This document shows, one piece after another, positions 61,867-64,000 of a stretch of DNA of 64,000 nucleotides. The notes under the pieces are model-generated. The model made no database searches. It saw nothing but the letters and a program-made list of their open reading frames with translations, and was not told the DNA's origin. The DNA lies in assembly GCA_003344405.1 (NCBI GenBank), contig NOWV01000110.1, positions 186,001-250,000 on the forward strand, given 5' to 3'. A program made the translations under genes and the position numbers. Source of the DNA: Trichoplax sp. H2. Lineage: Eukaryota. How positions within the stretch are numbered: the stretch's first letter is position 1; each line of letters opens with the position of its first letter.

Positions 61867-62568
61867 AGATCAAACTTTTCTTCAGTAAAGTTCGTCGACT
61901 TCCTTTAACATTTATGATGCATGTTGATTTTCATGAACTGATCAGTTAGTGGCCATTGACTAAATAAGCAAGAATTTAAAATATCTAGTATCTGATATTA
62001 CGCTAGCATCGCAAATGCTGCAGGATAGAGTGTTTTTAGATCGCTTATTAGAAATATGTAGCGCTTCTTCTTGCTGTAACAGATAATTTCAGTTAAAAAT
62101 GTCTCGCCTACGATAGTCACATTAAATCATACCAAATTTATTAGCAAAGGTAACAGTTTGATTACTGTAGAGCAAATGATCAATTTGTTTAAAGGAAACT
62201 TAAGAACTTCTTACTACTTATAATATTTCACGGATTATTCAGAATTTGTATCCTGGTAATCTGTAGTTATTGCAGAGCTTGAAAAACTTAGGTTAAAATT
62301 TAATTTTACAACATAAAAATAAAAATTATTACAAAGAATATTATTAATTACGATTTCATTCTTTGCAGTAAACATGCCATACGCCTCGTACGCGTAGAAC
62401 AATTGTTAGTATGTTTTTGTAGAAATCCTAATCTTGCTAGAGTAAGCTAACATCAAAACTATTCAGAACAATAACTGAAGAACTAATCTAATATTACTGA
62501 TACTTTACGCATAGATAACGTGAGTATTTATAGATTTCTGATTTAATAGACAGACAGGTTAGACGTGT

Positions 62569-63933
62569 TATTTACTACAATGAAATATATTTTTAAGTTC
62601 AGATATTACTACGGCCCTGATTTGTTTATCAAATTTTATGTAACTTAGTGGATTGAGAAAGTGTATCGATAACACGAGACCTGCTTATCAAAACATTTAT
62701 TACAAACAGATAAATATTGTCAGGTGAAAAGTGAATGATAGAATGCTGATATAGCAGATATAAAGTTAATTACAAAATGGGAAAAGCTTATGAGTATATA
62801 ACAGAAGGTTATATAAATTAACATTCTAATAAATTTTCTTCTCTTTGTAAAGTCTTCATTGAGCTGTTCTAATGTCCAAAAGCCAGGTCGAACATAATCC
62901 TTCAGATAAATTAAAATCCTTGCATAAGACAAGACAATCACTGTAGTTGAGATTACGTATGAAAAAACTATTAATGAATCAGATAAACTGATTTATTAAG
63001 CCTATTTCTGGAACATTACATATTGTAGGAAAATCTGGGAAAGAAGATAAATACATTAACATTGGAGATGTTGCAGATATTGATACTAGCCAAATGAGAA
63101 TTTCAGTTATAATTAGAAATTTTCGTTTGTGATTTCGATAAAATGGCGACAACAGTCTTACAACAACAAAATAAAGATCTACAGCAACCAATGCTAAATT
63201 CATGATGGAAATTGCATGTGATGTAAATAATATCGATATACCGACAAGACATAGACTAGAATTCCCGGCGAAATCTAATGTACCAAAGGTAAAAATATTA
63301 AATATGCTCATGGCTGTACTTGCTAAGATAGTATCTGTTACGGAGCAAAGCACCGTACTTGCTAATTAAATAGATTTTGTCAGTATTTAGCTAATGGATC
63401 ATATTGGTAAGCGATAATTGAAATTAAGAATATTAATGTCTAGATTGCTAGACGACAAAAGGCATAATTGTATTTGCAATTAATTAGTAGAGCCTATATA
63501 CAGTAGATATTAATAATGGCGGCACGTTAGCACTCGCTTGAGTTCCTTATTAGATCGTGTACGAGAAAGTACTCGGCTACTCTACTAATAAAAACTATAC
63601 TAATCTTATAGAACAGTCTTATCTCTGTGTGACCGAAAGTAGTAAAGAACTACCATACAGTAGATCTCCAGGTGTAGTGGAGCAAGGCATAAGTAATCTA
63701 TTAGTTTAGTGTTGTAGTTCGCAACATAAGTTTGTGACAGTATCTGATATAAATGACTTTCAAATCAAGCGATAGGTTGTCTTTTGGAATCTTTTGTCGT
63801 TAACTAGTAGTTTAAGTATGAATATATTGAATATTAATCCAGTTACGTGTGTCGGAATAAAAATTGCCGCAGCGTAGTAATAAATCTCTTTAAAAGGCGG
63901 TGGAAATACGTTTGTCGAATTGGAGATATTTAT
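62569..63933 (-). pseudogene. GPCR pseudogene, closest to 47329-48288
   Basis: Colinear with the intact paralogue, but the start ATG reads ATA (63933-63931), a 404-bp insertion lies in TM2, DRY reads DLY, there is a 1-nt deletion plus TAA TAG stops near 62970-63000, and further frameshifts lie near 62740. Confidence 0.9.
63336..63739 (+). mobile_element. Solo LTR (404 bp) interrupting the GPCR pseudogene
   Basis: TGTTAC...GTGACA termini; perfect TSD GTATC (63331-63335 and 63740-63744); empty site visible in the paralogue (ATAGTATCAGATATA at ~48091); TATATA ~63495 and AATAAA ~63587. Confidence 0.88.
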
Positions 63934-64000
63934 TTCGTCGGTAATGAAAACAATAGGTTGAGAGATAGTTGCTATATTTGCTGACTAGATAATACCTGGT

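Overview
AT-rich eukaryotic (animal) genomic DNA with short GT-AG introns and four 20-N scaffold gaps. Gene content and style (42-aa TPR array protein, intronless lineage-type rhodopsin GPCRs, compact introns) suggest an early-branching metazoan such as the placozoan Trichoplax; this is inference. The left ~36 kb is a compact housekeeping block: partial TPR gene (+), intronless RDH11/12/13-like SDR (-), PLD3 (+), TRIP11/GMAP-210 (-), C14orf119/DUF4508-like (+), UTP4/cirhin (-), ANGEL (+) and vasohibin (-). These are arranged as divergent and convergent pairs, and the ANGEL-vasohibin tail-to-tail pair mirrors the vertebrate ANGEL1-VASH1 and ANGEL2-VASH2 pairs. The right ~28 kb is gene-poor, with two intact intronless class A GPCRs and one GPCR pseudogene on segmental duplications. 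It is littered with mutually dissimilar 400-630 bp TG...CA elements flanked by 5-bp target-site duplications (solo-LTR-like). One splits the pseudogene, one sits 1 nt behind a GPCR stop codon, and one family is present in only one of two gap-flanking copies. A heavily decayed, G-depleted Ty3/Gypsy pol remnant is also present. All alignments and splice models were done by eye.
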